Of a stretch of DNA of 64,000 nt, positions 44,541-55,764 are shown one piece after another (the first letter of the stretch is position 1; every line of letters starts with the position of its first letter). The notes under the pieces are model-generated. The model was not told where the DNA came from, ran no database searches, and saw nothing but the letters and a program-made list of their open reading frames with translations. Origin of the DNA: Escherichia coli. Its GTDB lineage: Bacteria > Pseudomonadota > Gammaproteobacteria > Enterobacterales > Enterobacteriaceae. The translations under genes and the position numbers were made by a program. The stretch is from NCBI RefSeq assembly GCF_003334815.1, contig NZ_QOWO01000006.1; one strand, 5' to 3'.

Positions 44541-46520
44541 ATGAATCGTTTTATTATGGCCAACAGTCAGCAATGTCTGGGTTGTCATGCTTGTGAAATC
44601 GCCTGTGTCATGGCTCACAATGATGAGCAACATGTCCTGAGCCAACACCATTTTCATCCCCGAATTACGGTTATCAAACATCAACAGCAACGTAGTGCAG
44701 TGACCTGTCACCATTGTGAAGATGCGCCCTGCGCCCGTAGCTGCCCTAATGGCGCAATCAGCCACGTTGATGACAGCATTCAGGTCAATCAGCAAAAGTG
44801 TATTGGCTGTAAATCCTGCGTGGTGGCCTGTCCTTTTGGTACGATGCAAATCGTCCTGACACCCGTCGCGGCAGGAAAAGTAAAAGCCACGGCGCATAAA
44901 TGCGACCTTTGTGCGGGGCGCGAAAACGGTCCTGCCTGTGTTGAGAATTGCCCGGCGGACGCGCTGCAACTGGTCACTGACGTCGCACTCTCCGGCATGG
45001 CGAAATCCCGCCGCTTGCGCACCGCGCGTCAGGAACATCAACCGTGGCATGCCAGTACCGCGGCGCAAGAAATGCCGGTAATGAGTAAAGTCGAACAAAT
45101 GCAGGCAACGCCCGCGCGTGGCGAGCCGGATAAACTGGCGATTGAAGCGCGCAAAACCGGTTTTGATGAAATTTATCTGCCATTTCGCGCCGACCAGGCA
45201 CAACGGGAAGCCTCGCGCTGCCTTAAGTGCGGCGAGCACAGCGTTTGTGAATGGACCTGCCCGCTGCATAACCATATACCGCAGTGGATTGAACTGGTGA
45301 AAGCCGGAAACATCGACGCCGCCGTCGAGCTTTCTCACCAGACCAACACCCTGCCGGAAATTACCGGACGCGTTTGTCCGCAAGACCGTTTGTGTGAAGG
45401 TGCCTGTACTATTCGCGATGAGCACGGCGCGGTAACTATCGGCAACATTGAACGCTACATTTCAGATCAGGCGTTGGCGAAAGGTTGGCGTCCTGACTTA
45501 AGCCATGTCACCAAAGTGGACAAGCGGGTGGCGATTATCGGTGCAGGTCCGGCAGGGCTGGCCTGTGCGGATGTTCTGACCCGCAATGGCGTGGGGGTGA
45601 CGGTGTACGATCGCCATCCAGAAATCGGTGGCTTGCTCACTTTCGGCATTCCTTCTTTCAAACTGGATAAATCCCTGCTGGCACGCCGTCGGGAAATCTT
45701 CAGCGCGATGGGGATTCACTTCGAACTCAATTGTGAAGTGGGTAAAGATGTCTCTTTGGATTCGCTTTTGGAACAATACGACGCGGTCTTCGTTGGCGTA
45801 GGCACTTACCGTTCCATGAAAGCGGGTTTACCCAATGAAGATGCGCCGGGCGTTTATGACGCGCTGCCGTTCCTCATTGCCAACACTAAACAGGTGATGG
45901 GGCTCGAAGAGCTACCGGAAGAGCCGTTTATCAATACCGCCGGACTTAACGTCGTGGTACTGGGCGGCGGCGACACCGCGATGGACTGTGTGCGTACCGC
46001 ACTGCGCCACGGCGCGAGTAACGTCACCTGCGCTTATCGTCGTGATGAAGCTAACATGCCAGGCTCGAAGAAAGAAGTGAAGAACGCCCGCGAAGAGGGG
46101 GCCAACTTCGAATTTAACGTCCAGCCGGTGGCGCTTGAGCTGAATGAACAAGGTCACGTCTGCGGGATTCGTTTCCTGCGCACGCGTCTTGGAGAGCCGG
46201 ATGCCCAGGGGCGTCGGCGTCCAGTGCCGGTGGAAGGCAGTGAATTTGTCATGCCAGCCGACGCGGTGATTATGGCGTTTGGCTTCAATCCGCACGGGAT
46301 GCCGTGGCTGGAGTCGCACGGTGTAACGGTAGACAAATGGGGCCGCATCATCGCGGATGTGGAAAGCCAGTACCGTTACCAGACCACCAATCCGAAAATC
46401 TTCGCTGGTGGTGACGCCGTGCGTGGTGCGGATCTGGTGGTTACCGCAATGGCAGAAGGACGTCATGCGGCACAGGGGATTATTGACTGGCTGGGGGTAA
46501 AATCAGTCAAATCTCACTGA
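44541..46520 (+). CDS. aegA: Fe-S/FAD-NAD(P) oxidoreductase AegA (ferredoxin-like N-terminus fused to GltD-like domain)
   Basis: 659 aa; N-terminal 4x Cys clusters (CLGCHACEIAC, CHHCEDAPC, CIGCKSCVVACP, CDLCAGRENGPACVENCP); GltD-like C-terminal half with GAGPAG dinucleotide motif. Confidence 0.93.
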   Translation: MNRFIMANSQQCLGCHACEIACVMAHNDEQHVLSQHHFHPRITVIKHQQQRSAVTCHHCEDAPCARSCPNGAISHVDDSIQVNQQKCIGCKSCVVACPFGTMQIVLTPVAAGKVKATAHKCDLCAGRENGPACVENCPADALQLVTDVALSGMAKSRRLRTARQEHQPWHASTAAQEMPVMSKVEQMQATPARGEPDKLAIEARKTGFDEIYLPFRADQAQREASRCLKCGEHSVCEWTCPLHNHIPQWIELVKAGNIDAAVELSHQTNTLPEITGRVCPQDRLCEGACTIRDEHGAVTIGNIERYISDQALAKGWRPDLSHVTKVDKRVAIIGAGPAGLACADVLTRNGVGVTVYDRHPEIGGLLTFGIPSFKLDKSLLARRREIFSAMGIHFELNCEVGKDVSLDSLLEQYDAVFVGVGTYRSMKAGLPNEDAPGVYDALPFLIANTKQVMGLEELPEEPFINTAGLNVVVLGGGDTAMDCVRTALRHGASNVTCAYRRDEANMPGSKKEVKNAREEGANFEFNVQPVALELNEQGHVCGIRFLRTRLGEPDAQGRRRPVPVEGSEFVMPADAVIMAFGFNPHGMPWLESHGVTVDKWGRIIADVESQYRYQTTNPKIFAGGDAVRGADLVVTAMAEGRHAAQGIIDWLGVKSVKSH

Positions 46521-46587
46521 TAGCCTGCGCAGACAAACCCGACTTCACAGCGTAAGATAATTGTTCATTTCGCGCTGTGGAGTCGGT

Positions 46588-47163
46588 ATGACGCAACAAA
46601 TCACCCTCATTAAAGACAAAATTCTCTCCGATAACTATTTCACCCTGCACAACATTACTTACGATCTCACGCGCAAAGACGGCGAAGTTATCCGCCATAA
46701 ACGTGAAGTGTACGATCGCGGCAATGGTGCGACGATCCTCCTGTACAACACGAAGAAAAAGACCGTGGTTCTGATTCGTCAGTTCCGTGTCGCTACCTGG
46801 GTTAATGGCAATGAAAGCGGGCAGCTGATTGAAAGCTGCGCCGGGCTGCTGGATAACGACGAACCGGAAGTGTGTATTCGCAAAGAAGCGATTGAAGAGA
46901 CGGGCTATGAAGTGGGTGAAGTGCGCAAATTATTTGAACTGTATATGTCGCCAGGCGGTGTGACTGAGCTAATCCACTTTTTTATCGCCGAATACAGTGA
47001 CAATCAGCGCGCTAACGCCGGTGGCGGTGTCGAAGATGAAGATATTGAAGTGCTCGAGCTGCCGTTCAGCCAGGCGCTGGAGATGATCAAAACCGGCGAG
47101 ATACGTGACGGTAAGACGGTGTTATTGCTTAACTATTTGCAAACGTCACATTTAATGGACTGA
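46588..47163 (+). CDS. nudK: Nudix GDP-mannose pyrophosphatase NudK
   Basis: ATG 46588, [26 protein letters not shown]...; Nudix box region [21 protein letters not shown]; 191 aa. Confidence 0.9.
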   Translation: MTQQITLIKDKILSDNYFTLHNITYDLTRKDGEVIRHKREVYDRGNGATILLYNTKKKTVVLIRQFRVATWVNGNESGQLIESCAGLLDNDEPEVCIRKEAIEETGYEVGEVRKLFELYMSPGGVTELIHFFIAEYSDNQRANAGGGVEDEDIEVLELPFSQALEMIKTGEIRDGKTVLLLNYLQTSHLMD

Positions 47164-47288
47164 AAAATAACAATAATATTTCGTTGTTTATTATTGGCTC
47201 AATCCGACAAATCCGATTGAGCCGCGCTACCTGCGCAACGAAGATACGACTTGTGCTGTTTGTTTGAACTTCTGGGGTCGTACCGTCC

Positions 47289-48332
47289 ATGCGCTATCGC
47301 ATTTTCCTTCTCTTTTTTTTCGCTTTGTTGCCGACGTCTTTGGTGTGGGCGGCACCAGCGCAACGGGCGTTTTCCGACTGGCAGGTCACCTGTAATAACC
47401 AAAATTTCTGCGTGGCGCGTAATACGGGCGATCATAATGGACTGGTGATGACCCTGAGCCGCAGCGCCGGGGCGCATACCGATGCCGTTTTACGTATTGA
47501 GCGCGGCGGATTGAAGTCGCCGGAGGCGTCAGAAGGGGAGATAGCGCCACGGCTGCTGTTAGATGGCGAGCCGTTGGCGTTAAGTGGTGACAAGTGGCGG
47601 ATTTCACCATGGTTATTAGTAACCGATGATACGGCAACCATCACCGCGTTTTTGCAGATGATTCAGGAAGGGAAGGCAATCACCTTACGCGATGGCGATC
47701 AGACCATTTCTCTGAGTGGCTTAAAAGCAGCGTTGTTGTTTATTGATGCTCAGCAAAAGCGCGTTGGCAGTGAAACCGCGTGGATCAAGAAAGGGGACGA
47801 ACCGCCGCTCAGCGTACCGCCCGCGCCTGCGCTGAAAGAGGTCGCGGTGGTTAACCCAACGCCGACGCCACTCTCACTCGAAGAACGCAACGATTTGCTG
47901 GATTATGGAAACTGGCGGATGAATGGTCTGCGCTGCTCGCTTGATCCATTGCGTCGTGAGGTGAATGTCACTGCGCTGACTGATGATAAAGCGCTGATGA
48001 TGATTAGCTGTGAGGCAGGGGCCTATAACACCATTGATTTGGCATGGATTGTGTCGCGTAAAAAGCCACTAGCTTCGCGCCCGGTTCGGTTGCGTTTGCC
48101 GTTCAACAACGGTCAGGAGACGAATGAACTGGAACTGATGAACGCAACATTTGATGAGAAATCGCGTGAACTGGTGACCTTAGCGAAAGGGCGCGGATTA
48201 AGCGATTGTGGCATTCAGGCGCGCTGGCGCTTTGACGGTCAGCGTTTTCGCCTGGTGCGTTACGCCGCAGAACCCACCTGCGATAACTGGCATGGGCCAG
48301 ACGCCTGGCCCACGTTGTGGATCACCCGTTAA
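47289..48332 (+). CDS. ypfG: DUF1176-type periplasmic protein YpfG
   Basis: 347 aa with signal peptide (MRYRIFLLFFFALLPTSLVWAAPAQ); function unknown. Confidence 0.88.
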   Translation: MRYRIFLLFFFALLPTSLVWAAPAQRAFSDWQVTCNNQNFCVARNTGDHNGLVMTLSRSAGAHTDAVLRIERGGLKSPEASEGEIAPRLLLDGEPLALSGDKWRISPWLLVTDDTATITAFLQMIQEGKAITLRDGDQTISLSGLKAALLFIDAQQKRVGSETAWIKKGDEPPLSVPPAPALKEVAVVNPTPTPLSLEERNDLLDYGNWRMNGLRCSLDPLRREVNVTALTDDKALMMISCEAGAYNTIDLAWIVSRKKPLASRPVRLRLPFNNGQETNELELMNATFDEKSRELVTLAKGRGLSDCGIQARWRFDGQRFRLVRYAAEPTCDNWHGPDAWPTLWITR

Positions 48333-48347
48333 ACAAAATGGCGGGAC

Positions 48348-48420
48348 ATGTAGGCCGGATAAGACGCTGTAGGCCGGATAAGACGCGTCAGCGTCGCATC
48401 CGGCAATCAGCATCCGGCAA
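48348..48420. repeat. REP cluster between ypfG and tktB
   Basis: Tandem GTAGGCCGGATAAGACGC units followed by GTCAGCGTCGCATCCGGCAATCAGCATCCGGCA. Confidence 0.8.
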
Positions 48421-48426
48421 TCACCA

Positions 48427-50430
48427 TCAGGCACCTTTCACTCCCAGCACCTTATGCGCTTTTGCCACAATATTCTCGGCGGTAAAGCCAAAGAACGGGA
48501 ACAGCTTATCCGCCGGAGCAGATTCCCCGTAACCCGTCATCCCGACAATTGCCCCTTTCAGACCAACATACTTGTACCAGTAATCGGCAATACCTGCTTC
48601 CACCGCCACGCGAGCCGCAACGTTAGAAGGCAACACCGACTCCCGATATTCCTCATCCTGGGCGTCGAAAATATCGGTCGAGGGCAGGGAAACTACGCGT
48701 ACATTGCGACCTTCTCCTGCTAATTTCTCTGCCGCTTGCAGGGTAATTTCCATCTCTGAACCGGTGGCAATCAGAATAATATCTGGCTTACCGCCGCTGT
48801 CTTTCAGCACATAACCGCCACGAGCAATCTCTTTAACCTGATCCGGCGTACGTTCCACCTGGGCCAGATTCTGCCTTGAGAGGATCAGTGCCGTCGGTCC
48901 GTTGTGGCGCTCAACCGCCAGCTTCCAGCCCACCGCCGCTTCCACCTGATCGCACGGTCGCCAGGTGCTGAAATTTGGCGTTAAGCGCAGGCTGGCCAGT
49001 TGCTCAACAGCCTGGTGCGTCGGACCATCTTCGCCCAGGCCAATTGAGTCGTGGGTATAAACCATAATCTGCCGCGCTTTCATCAGTGCCGCCATCCGCG
49101 CGGCGTTACGGGCGTATTCAACAAACATCAGGAACGTCGCGGTATACGGCACAAAGCCGCCGTGGTGCGCGATGCCGTTGGCGATAGCGGTCATGCCAAA
49201 TTCACGCACCCCGTAGTGAATGTAGTTGCCCGCTGGATCTTCCTTCAGCGAAACAGAACCTTTCCAGATGGTCAGGTTGCTGGGAGCCAGATCCGCCGAA
49301 CCGCCGAGCAACTCAGGCAGCATCGGCCCGTAAGCGTTAAGCGTATTTTGCGAAGCCTTACGGGTAGCGATTTTCGCCGGATTTGCCTGTAACTCATTGA
49401 TATATTTCTGAGTCGTTTTCTCCCAGTCCTTCGGTAAACCACCGCTCATCCGTCGGGTAAACTCTTCTGCCAGTTGCGGATGAGCCTTTTTATAGGCGGC
49501 AAACTTCTCATTCCAGCTCTGCTGCGCTTTTTCGCCTTTTTCACGGGCATCCCAGGCGTGATAAATCTCTTTAGGGATCTCAAATGGCGGATGGTGCCAG
49601 CCCAGTTTTTGCCGTGCCAGCGCCACTTCTTCTTCCCCCAGTGGTGCGCCGTGCGCCTCTTCCTTACCTGCTTTATTCGGCGAACCAAAGCCAATCACCG
49701 TACGGCAGATAATCAGCGACGGCTTATCTTTCACGCTTTGCGCTTCAAGGATCGCTTCCTTCACCGCCTGCGGATCGTGACCGTCGATTTCATGGATCAC
49801 ATGCCAGTGATAGGCTTCAAAACGTTTTGCCGTATCGTCGGTAAACCAGCCTTCTGTTTCACCGTCGATGGAAATACCGTTGTGATCGTAAAAACCAATC
49901 AGCTTGCCCAGTCCCAGCGTGCCTGCCAGCGAACAGACTTCGTGGGAAATACCTTCCATCAGGCAGCCGTCGCCCATAAACACATAGGTGAAGTGATCGA
50001 CGATCTCATGGTCTGGCTGGTTAAACTGCGCCGCCAGTGTACGCTCTGCTATCGCCAGCCCGACGGCGTTCGCCAAACCTTGTCCAAGCGGGCCGGTGGT
50101 GGTTTCAACGCCTGGCGTATAGCCAATCTCCGGGTGGCCTGGGGTTTTCGAATGCAACTGACGGAAGTTCTTCAGTTCTTCCAGCGGCAGGTCGTAACCG
50201 GTCAGATGTAGCAAACTGTAGAGCAGCATCGACGCGTGACCGTTGGAAAGAATAAAGCGGTCGCGATCATACCAGGTTGGGTCGGTAGGGTTATGTTTAA
50301 GAAAATCGTTCCACAGCACTTCGGCAATATCAGCCATGCCCATCGGCGCGCCGGGATGACCAGAGTTGGCTTTTTGTACCGCATCCATACTGAGTGCGCG
50401 AATCGCATTGGCAAGGTCTTTTCGGGACAT
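48427..50430 (-). CDS. tktB: Transketolase 2
   Basis: Track ORF 48427..50493; start taken at ATG 50430 ([32 protein letters not shown]...) giving 667 aa. Confidence 0.95.
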   Translation of the reverse strand: MSRKDLANAIRALSMDAVQKANSGHPGAPMGMADIAEVLWNDFLKHNPTDPTWYDRDRFILSNGHASMLLYSLLHLTGYDLPLEELKNFRQLHSKTPGHPEIGYTPGVETTTGPLGQGLANAVGLAIAERTLAAQFNQPDHEIVDHFTYVFMGDGCLMEGISHEVCSLAGTLGLGKLIGFYDHNGISIDGETEGWFTDDTAKRFEAYHWHVIHEIDGHDPQAVKEAILEAQSVKDKPSLIICRTVIGFGSPNKAGKEEAHGAPLGEEEVALARQKLGWHHPPFEIPKEIYHAWDAREKGEKAQQSWNEKFAAYKKAHPQLAEEFTRRMSGGLPKDWEKTTQKYINELQANPAKIATRKASQNTLNAYGPMLPELLGGSADLAPSNLTIWKGSVSLKEDPAGNYIHYGVREFGMTAIANGIAHHGGFVPYTATFLMFVEYARNAARMAALMKARQIMVYTHDSIGLGEDGPTHQAVEQLASLRLTPNFSTWRPCDQVEAAVGWKLAVERHNGPTALILSRQNLAQVERTPDQVKEIARGGYVLKDSGGKPDIILIATGSEMEITLQAAEKLAGEGRNVRVVSLPSTDIFDAQDEEYRESVLPSNVAARVAVEAGIADYWYKYVGLKGAIVGMTGYGESAPADKLFPFFGFTAENIVAKAHKVLGVKGA

Positions 50431-50449
50431 ATAACACTCCGTGGCTGGT

Positions 50450-51400
50450 TTATAGTTTGGCGGCAAGAAGATCTTCCAGTTTGCGTTGATCAACGGCGAA
50501 CAGACGAATGCCTTCAGACAGTTTTTCTACCGCCATCGCATCCTGATTGTGCTCCCAACGGAACTCCGCTTCGCTCATGGGAGCTGGGCGTGGGAACGTC
50601 TGAGAAGGTGGGATTAATTTACGTACCACTGGCGAAACTTTTTCCTGCAGCTCCTTCAGTAAATTCGGTGCGATAGTCAGTCGATCGCAGCCGGTTAAGG
50701 CGAGGATTTGTTCGGTGCGACGGAAGCTCGCGCCCATCACAATGGTTTCATAGTGGTGTTGCTTATAGTAGTCGTAGATATTGCGCACCGATTTAACGCC
50801 CGGATCTTCTTCCACCACATACGGGTCCATCGGCTTGCGTGCCTGATACCAGTCATAAATACGCCCGACAAACGGCGAAATCAGAAAAACGCCTGCTTCC
50901 GCACAGGCCCGTGCCTGTGCAAAAGAAAACAGCAGCGTCAGGTTGCAGTTAATACCTTCTTTTTCCAGCTCTTCTGCCGCGCGAATTCCTTCCCAGGTCG
51001 AAGCCAGCTTGATCAGAATGCGTGATTTCTCAACGCCTTGTTGCTGATACAAGTCCACCAGATGGCGCGCCTTCTCAATACTCTTTTCTTTATCAAAAGA
51101 GAGGCGTGCATCAACTTCTGTTGACACGCGACCGGGTACGATTTTGAGGATTTCAGCACCGAAATTGACCGCCAGTTTGTCACACGCTGCGACCACCTGT
51201 TGTTCCTGGGTCTTGCCATTTTTTTTACCCCAGGCGATAGCATCGTCTATTAAATGCTCATATTGTGATAATCCGGCAGCTTTGAGTAACAGCGAAGGAT
51301 TGGTGGTGGCATCCTGGGGATGATAATGGCGAATGGACTCAATATCGCCGCTGTCTGCCACGACAGTGGTGAACTGTTTGATGCCGTCTAACTCGTTCAT
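50450..51400 (-). CDS. talA: Transaldolase A
   Basis: 316 aa, [41 protein letters not shown]...; 19 nt upstream of tktB, operon-like. Confidence 0.95.
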   Translation of the reverse strand: MNELDGIKQFTTVVADSGDIESIRHYHPQDATTNPSLLLKAAGLSQYEHLIDDAIAWGKKNGKTQEQQVVAACDKLAVNFGAEILKIVPGRVSTEVDARLSFDKEKSIEKARHLVDLYQQQGVEKSRILIKLASTWEGIRAAEELEKEGINCNLTLLFSFAQARACAEAGVFLISPFVGRIYDWYQARKPMDPYVVEEDPGVKSVRNIYDYYKQHHYETIVMGASFRRTEQILALTGCDRLTIAPNLLKELQEKVSPVVRKLIPPSQTFPRPAPMSEAEFRWEHNQDAMAVEKLSEGIRLFAVDQRKLEDLLAAKL

Positions 51401-51688
51401 AGGAAATACTCCTTGAAAAGTAAAGTGTTAGATGAGTGCGTTAATTCACACTTCTGAGAAATTTCGCTAAACGCATCAAAAAAGCATAGCAGACAGGCAT
51501 GGTATTGCTGGATTAAGCAGGTAACATCAGTGTTATAGGATTATTACCAAAACATTATATTAATGGTGAGAGTTTGGACTTGCTCAAAGTCTGTAGACTC
51601 CGGCAGGGTAATAATGTGCGCCACGTTGTGGGCAGGGGCTGTTGCCCACACACTTTATTTGTGAACGTTACGTGAAAGGAACAACCAA

Positions 51689-53968
51689 ATGGATGACCAG
51701 TTAAAACAAAGTGCACTTGATTTCCATGAATTTCCAGTTCCAGGGAAAATCCAGGTTTCTCCAACCAAGCCTCTGGCAACACAGCGCGATCTGGCGCTGG
51801 CCTACTCACCAGGCGTTGCCGCACCTTGTCTTGAAATCGAAAAAGACCCGTTAAAAGCCTACAAATATACCGCCCGCGGTAACCTGGTGGCGGTGATCTC
51901 TAACGGTACGGCGGTGCTGGGGTTAGGCAACATTGGCGCGCTGGCAGGCAAACCGGTGATGGAAGGCAAGGGCGTTCTGTTTAAGAAATTCGCCGGGATT
52001 GATGTATTTGACATTGAAGTTGACGAACTCGACCCGGACAAATTTATTGAAGTTGTCGCCGCGCTCGAACCAACCTTCGGCGGCATCAACCTCGAAGACA
52101 TTAAAGCGCCAGAATGTTTCTATATTGAACAGAAACTGCGCGAGCGGATGAATATTCCGGTATTCCACGACGATCAGCACGGCACGGCAATTATCAGCAC
52201 TGCCGCCATCCTCAACGGCTTGCGCGTGGTGGAGAAAAACATCTCCGACGTGCGGATGGTGGTTTCCGGCGCGGGTGCCGCAGCAATCGCCTGTATGAAC
52301 CTGCTGGTAGCGCTGGGTCTGCAAAAACATAACATCGTGGTTTGCGATTCAAAAGGCGTTATCTATCAGGGCCGTGAGCCAAACATGGCGGAAACCAAAG
52401 CCGCATATGCGGTGGTGGATGACGGCAAACGTACCCTCGATGATGTGATTGAAGGCGCGGATATTTTCCTGGGCTGTTCCGGCCCGAAAGTGCTGACCCA
52501 GGAAATGGTGAAGAAAATGGCTCGTGCGCCAATGATCCTGGCGCTGGCGAACCCGGAACCGGAAATTCTGCCGCCGCTGGCGAAAGAAGTGCGTCCGGAT
52601 GCCATCATTTGCACCGGTCGTTCTGACTATCCGAACCAGGTGAACAACGTCCTGTGCTTCCCGTTCATCTTCCGTGGCGCGCTGGACGTTGGCGCAACCG
52701 CCATCAACGAAGAGATGAAACTGGCGGCGGTACGTGCGATTGCAGAACTCGCCCATGCGGAACAGAGCGAAGTGGTGGCTTCAGCGTATGGCGATCAGGA
52801 TCTGAGCTTTGGTCCGGAATACATCATTCCAAAACCGTTTGATCCGCGCTTGATCGTTAAGATCGCTCCTGCGGTCGCTAAAGCCGCGATGGAGTCGGGC
52901 GTGGCGACTCGTCCGATTGCTGATTTCGACGTCTACATCGACAAGCTGACTGAGTTCGTTTACAAAACCAACCTGTTTATGAAGCCGATTTTCTCCCAGG
53001 CTCGCAAAGCGCCGAAGCGCGTTGTTCTGCCGGAAGGGGAAGAGGCGCGCGTTCTGCATGCCACTCAGGAACTGGTAACGCTGGGACTGGCGAAACCGAT
53101 CCTTATCGGTCGTCCGAACGTGATCGAAATGCGCATTCAGAAACTGGGCTTGCAGATCAAAGCGGGCGTTGATTTTGAGATCGTCAATAACGAATCCGAT
53201 CCGCGCTTTAAAGAGTACTGGACCGAATACTTCCAGATCATGAAGCGTCGCGGCGTCACTCAGGAACAGGCGCAGCGGGCGCTGATCAGTAACCCGACAG
53301 TGATCGGCGCGATCATGGTTCAGCGTGGGGAAGCCGATGCAATGATTTGCGGTACGGTGGGTGATTATCATGAACATTTTAGCGTGGTGAAAAATGTCTT
53401 TGGTTATCGCGATGGCGTTCACACCGCAGGTGCCATGAACGCGCTGCTGCTGCCGAGTGGTAACACCTTTATTGCCGATACATATGTTAATGATGAACCG
53501 GATGCAGAAGAGCTGGCGGAGATCACCTTGATGGCGGCAGAAACTGTCCGTCGTTTTGGTATTGAGCCGCGCGTTGCTTTGTTGTCGCACTCCAACTTTG
53601 GTTCTTCTGACTGCCCGTCGTCGAGCAAAATGCGTCAGGCGCTGGAACTGGTCAGGGAACGTGCACCAGAACTGATGATTGATGGTGAAATGCACGGCGA
53701 TGCAGCGCTGGTGGAAGCGATTCGCAACGACCGTATGCCGGACAGCTCTTTGAAAGGTTCCGCCAATATTCTGGTGATGCCGAACATGGAAGCTGCCCGC
53801 ATTAGTTACAACTTACTGCGTGTTTCCAGCTCGGAAGGTGTGACTGTCGGCCCGGTGCTGATGGGTGTGGCGAAACCGGTTCACGTGTTAACGCCGATCG
53901 CATCGGTGCGTCGTATCGTCAACATGGTGGCGCTGGCCGTGGTAGAAGCGCAAACCCAACCGCTGTAA
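51689..53968 (+). CDS. maeB: NADP-dependent malic enzyme (malic enzyme fused to PTA-like domain)
   Basis: 759 aa, [35 protein letters not shown].... Confidence 0.95.
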
Positions 53969-53986
53969 TTTTTTTTAACTCTCACG

Positions 53987-54010
53987 CTTACCCTGAATAT
54001 TCAGGGTAAG
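53987..54010. promoter_or_regulatory. Perfect 24-bp palindrome between maeB and eutS (hairpin or dimeric-regulator site)
   Basis: CTTACCCTGAATATTCAGGGTAAG is its own reverse complement; sits 19 nt after the maeB stop, at the upstream edge of the AT-rich eut promoter region; no strong T-tract follows. Confidence 0.4.
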
Positions 54011-54260
54011 CAGTTTAGCTGCAATATATTAGTAAAGCTTATTACTGAGTTTGCGAATAATAAAAAAAAGCAGTCTATATAATATCTCGATATTATTTTA
54101 TTTATATTCATGCGTTGCATATGAAAGTTTATGCACCACAGCGAATATCTCTCCATTCTTAGTGATCTACCTCACCTTTTAAACGCGCTTGCCGAATTTT
54201 GTTATTTACTCTGACGAAAAATTGTCACGATACACGAAAGTTTTTCACAGGCGGCGACTC

Positions 54261-54596
54261 ATGGATAAAGAACGCATCATTCAGGAATTTGTGCCCGGCA
54301 AACAGGTCACACTGGCGCATCTCATCGCGCATCCCGGTGAGGAACTGGCGAAGAAAATCGGCGTTCCGGATGCGGGCGCAATTGGCATTATGACGCTAAC
54401 TCCCGGCGAAACGGCGATGATCGCCGGTGATTTAGCGCTGAAAGCCGCTGATGTGCATATCGGTTTTCTCGACCGATTCAGCGGTGCATTGGTGATTTAT
54501 GGCTCGGTGGGCGCAGTAGAAGAAGCGTTATCACAAACCGTCAGCGGTTTAGGTCGCTTATTAAATTATACGCTTTGTGAAATGACCAAAAGTTAA
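54261..54596 (+). CDS. eutS: Ethanolamine microcompartment shell protein EutS (permuted BMC domain)
   Basis: Track ORF 54189..54596; start taken at ATG 54261 ([32 protein letters not shown]...) giving 111 aa. Confidence 0.9.
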
Positions 54597-54608
54597 TACG
54601 AGGCATTC

Positions 54609-55088
54609 ATGAAACGAATTGCGTTTGTGGGTAGCGTCGGGGCAGGAAAAACAACGTTATTTAATGCGTTGCAGGGGAATTATACCCTCGCCAGAAAAAC
54701 ACAGGCCGTGGAATTTAATGATAAGGGCGATATTGATACGCCGGGTGAATATTTTAACCATCCCCGCTGGTATCACGCCTTAATTACCACGCTACAGGAT
54801 GTAGACATGCTGATCTTTGTCCATGGCGCAAATGACCCGGAAAGTCGGTTGCCTGCCGGGTTGCTGGATATTGGCGTCAGCAAACGGCAAATCGCCGTCA
54901 TCAGTAAAACGGACATGCCAGATGCTGACGTCGCCGCAACGCGAAAGTTATTGCTTGAGACGGGCTTCGAAGAGCCGATTTTCGAGCTAAACAGCCACGA
55001 CCCGCAAAGCGTGCAGCAACTGGTGGATTATCTGGCATCTCTCACCAAACAGGAGGAAGCAGGTGAAAAAACTCATCACAGCGAATGA
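54609..55088 (+). CDS. eutP: EutP/PduV-family GTPase (acetate-kinase-like)
   Basis: 159 aa; P-loop GSVGAGKTT. Confidence 0.92.
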   Translation: MKRIAFVGSVGAGKTTLFNALQGNYTLARKTQAVEFNDKGDIDTPGEYFNHPRWYHALITTLQDVDMLIFVHGANDPESRLPAGLLDIGVSKRQIAVISKTDMPDADVAATRKLLLETGFEEPIFELNSHDPQSVQQLVDYLASLTKQEEAGEKTHHSE

Positions 55089-55764
55089 TATTCGTGAAGC
55101 ACACGCGCGCGGCGAACAGGCAATGTCCGTGGTTCTGCGCGCCAGCATTATTACCCCGGAAGCCCGTGAAGTGGCGGATCTACTGGGTTTTACCATCACC
55201 GAATGTGATGAATCGATCCCGGTAACGGCGTCCGTGCCCGCCAGCGTGCCAGCCGACAAAACCGAAAGCCAGCGCATCCGCGAAACCATCATTGCCCAGC
55301 TGCCGGAAGGCCAGTTTACCGAAAGCCTGGTCGCACAGCTGATGGAAAAAGTGATGAAGGAAAAACAGTCGCTGGAGCAGGGCGCAATGCAGCCGAGCTT
55401 CAAATCGGTGACCGGCAAAGGCGGCATCAAAGTGATTGATGGCAGTAGCGTCAAGTTTGGTCGTTTCGACGGCGCAGAGCCGCATTGCGTGGGCTTGACT
55501 GATCTTGTGACCGGAGACGACGGCAGCAGCATGGCCGCCGGTTTTATGCAGTGGGAGAACGCATTCTTCCCGTGGACCCTGAACTACGACGAAATCGACA
55601 TGGTGCTGGAAGGGGAGCTGCATGTTCGCCACGAAGGCCAAACCATGATCGCCAAAGCAGGCGACGTGATGTTTATCCCGAAAGGCTCCAGCATCGAATT
55701 TGGTACGACATCCAGCGTGAAATTCCTGTATGTCGCCTGGCCGGCTAACTGGCAATCCCTATGA
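55063..55764 (+). CDS. eutQ: Cupin-fold ethanolamine utilisation protein EutQ
   Basis: 233 aa; GTG start at 55063 overlapping the eutP 3' end by 26 nt; MKKLITANDIREAHARGEQ.... Confidence 0.92.
   Translation: MKKLITANDIREAHARGEQAMSVVLRASIITPEAREVADLLGFTITECDESIPVTASVPASVPADKTESQRIRETIIAQLPEGQFTESLVAQLMEKVMKEKQSLEQGAMQPSFKSVTGKGGIKVIDGSSVKFGRFDGAEPHCVGLTDLVTGDDGSSMAAGFMQWENAFFPWTLNYDEIDMVLEGELHVRHEGQTMIAKAGDVMFIPKGSSIEFGTTSSVKFLYVAWPANWQSL

Noticed and set aside
44517-45425. 302-aa minus-strand ORF inside aegA
   Set aside because: Antisense to aegA, whose Fe-S motifs make the forward frame unambiguous.
52781-53695. 304-aa minus-strand ORF inside maeB
   Set aside because: Antisense to maeB (759 aa, recognised end to end).
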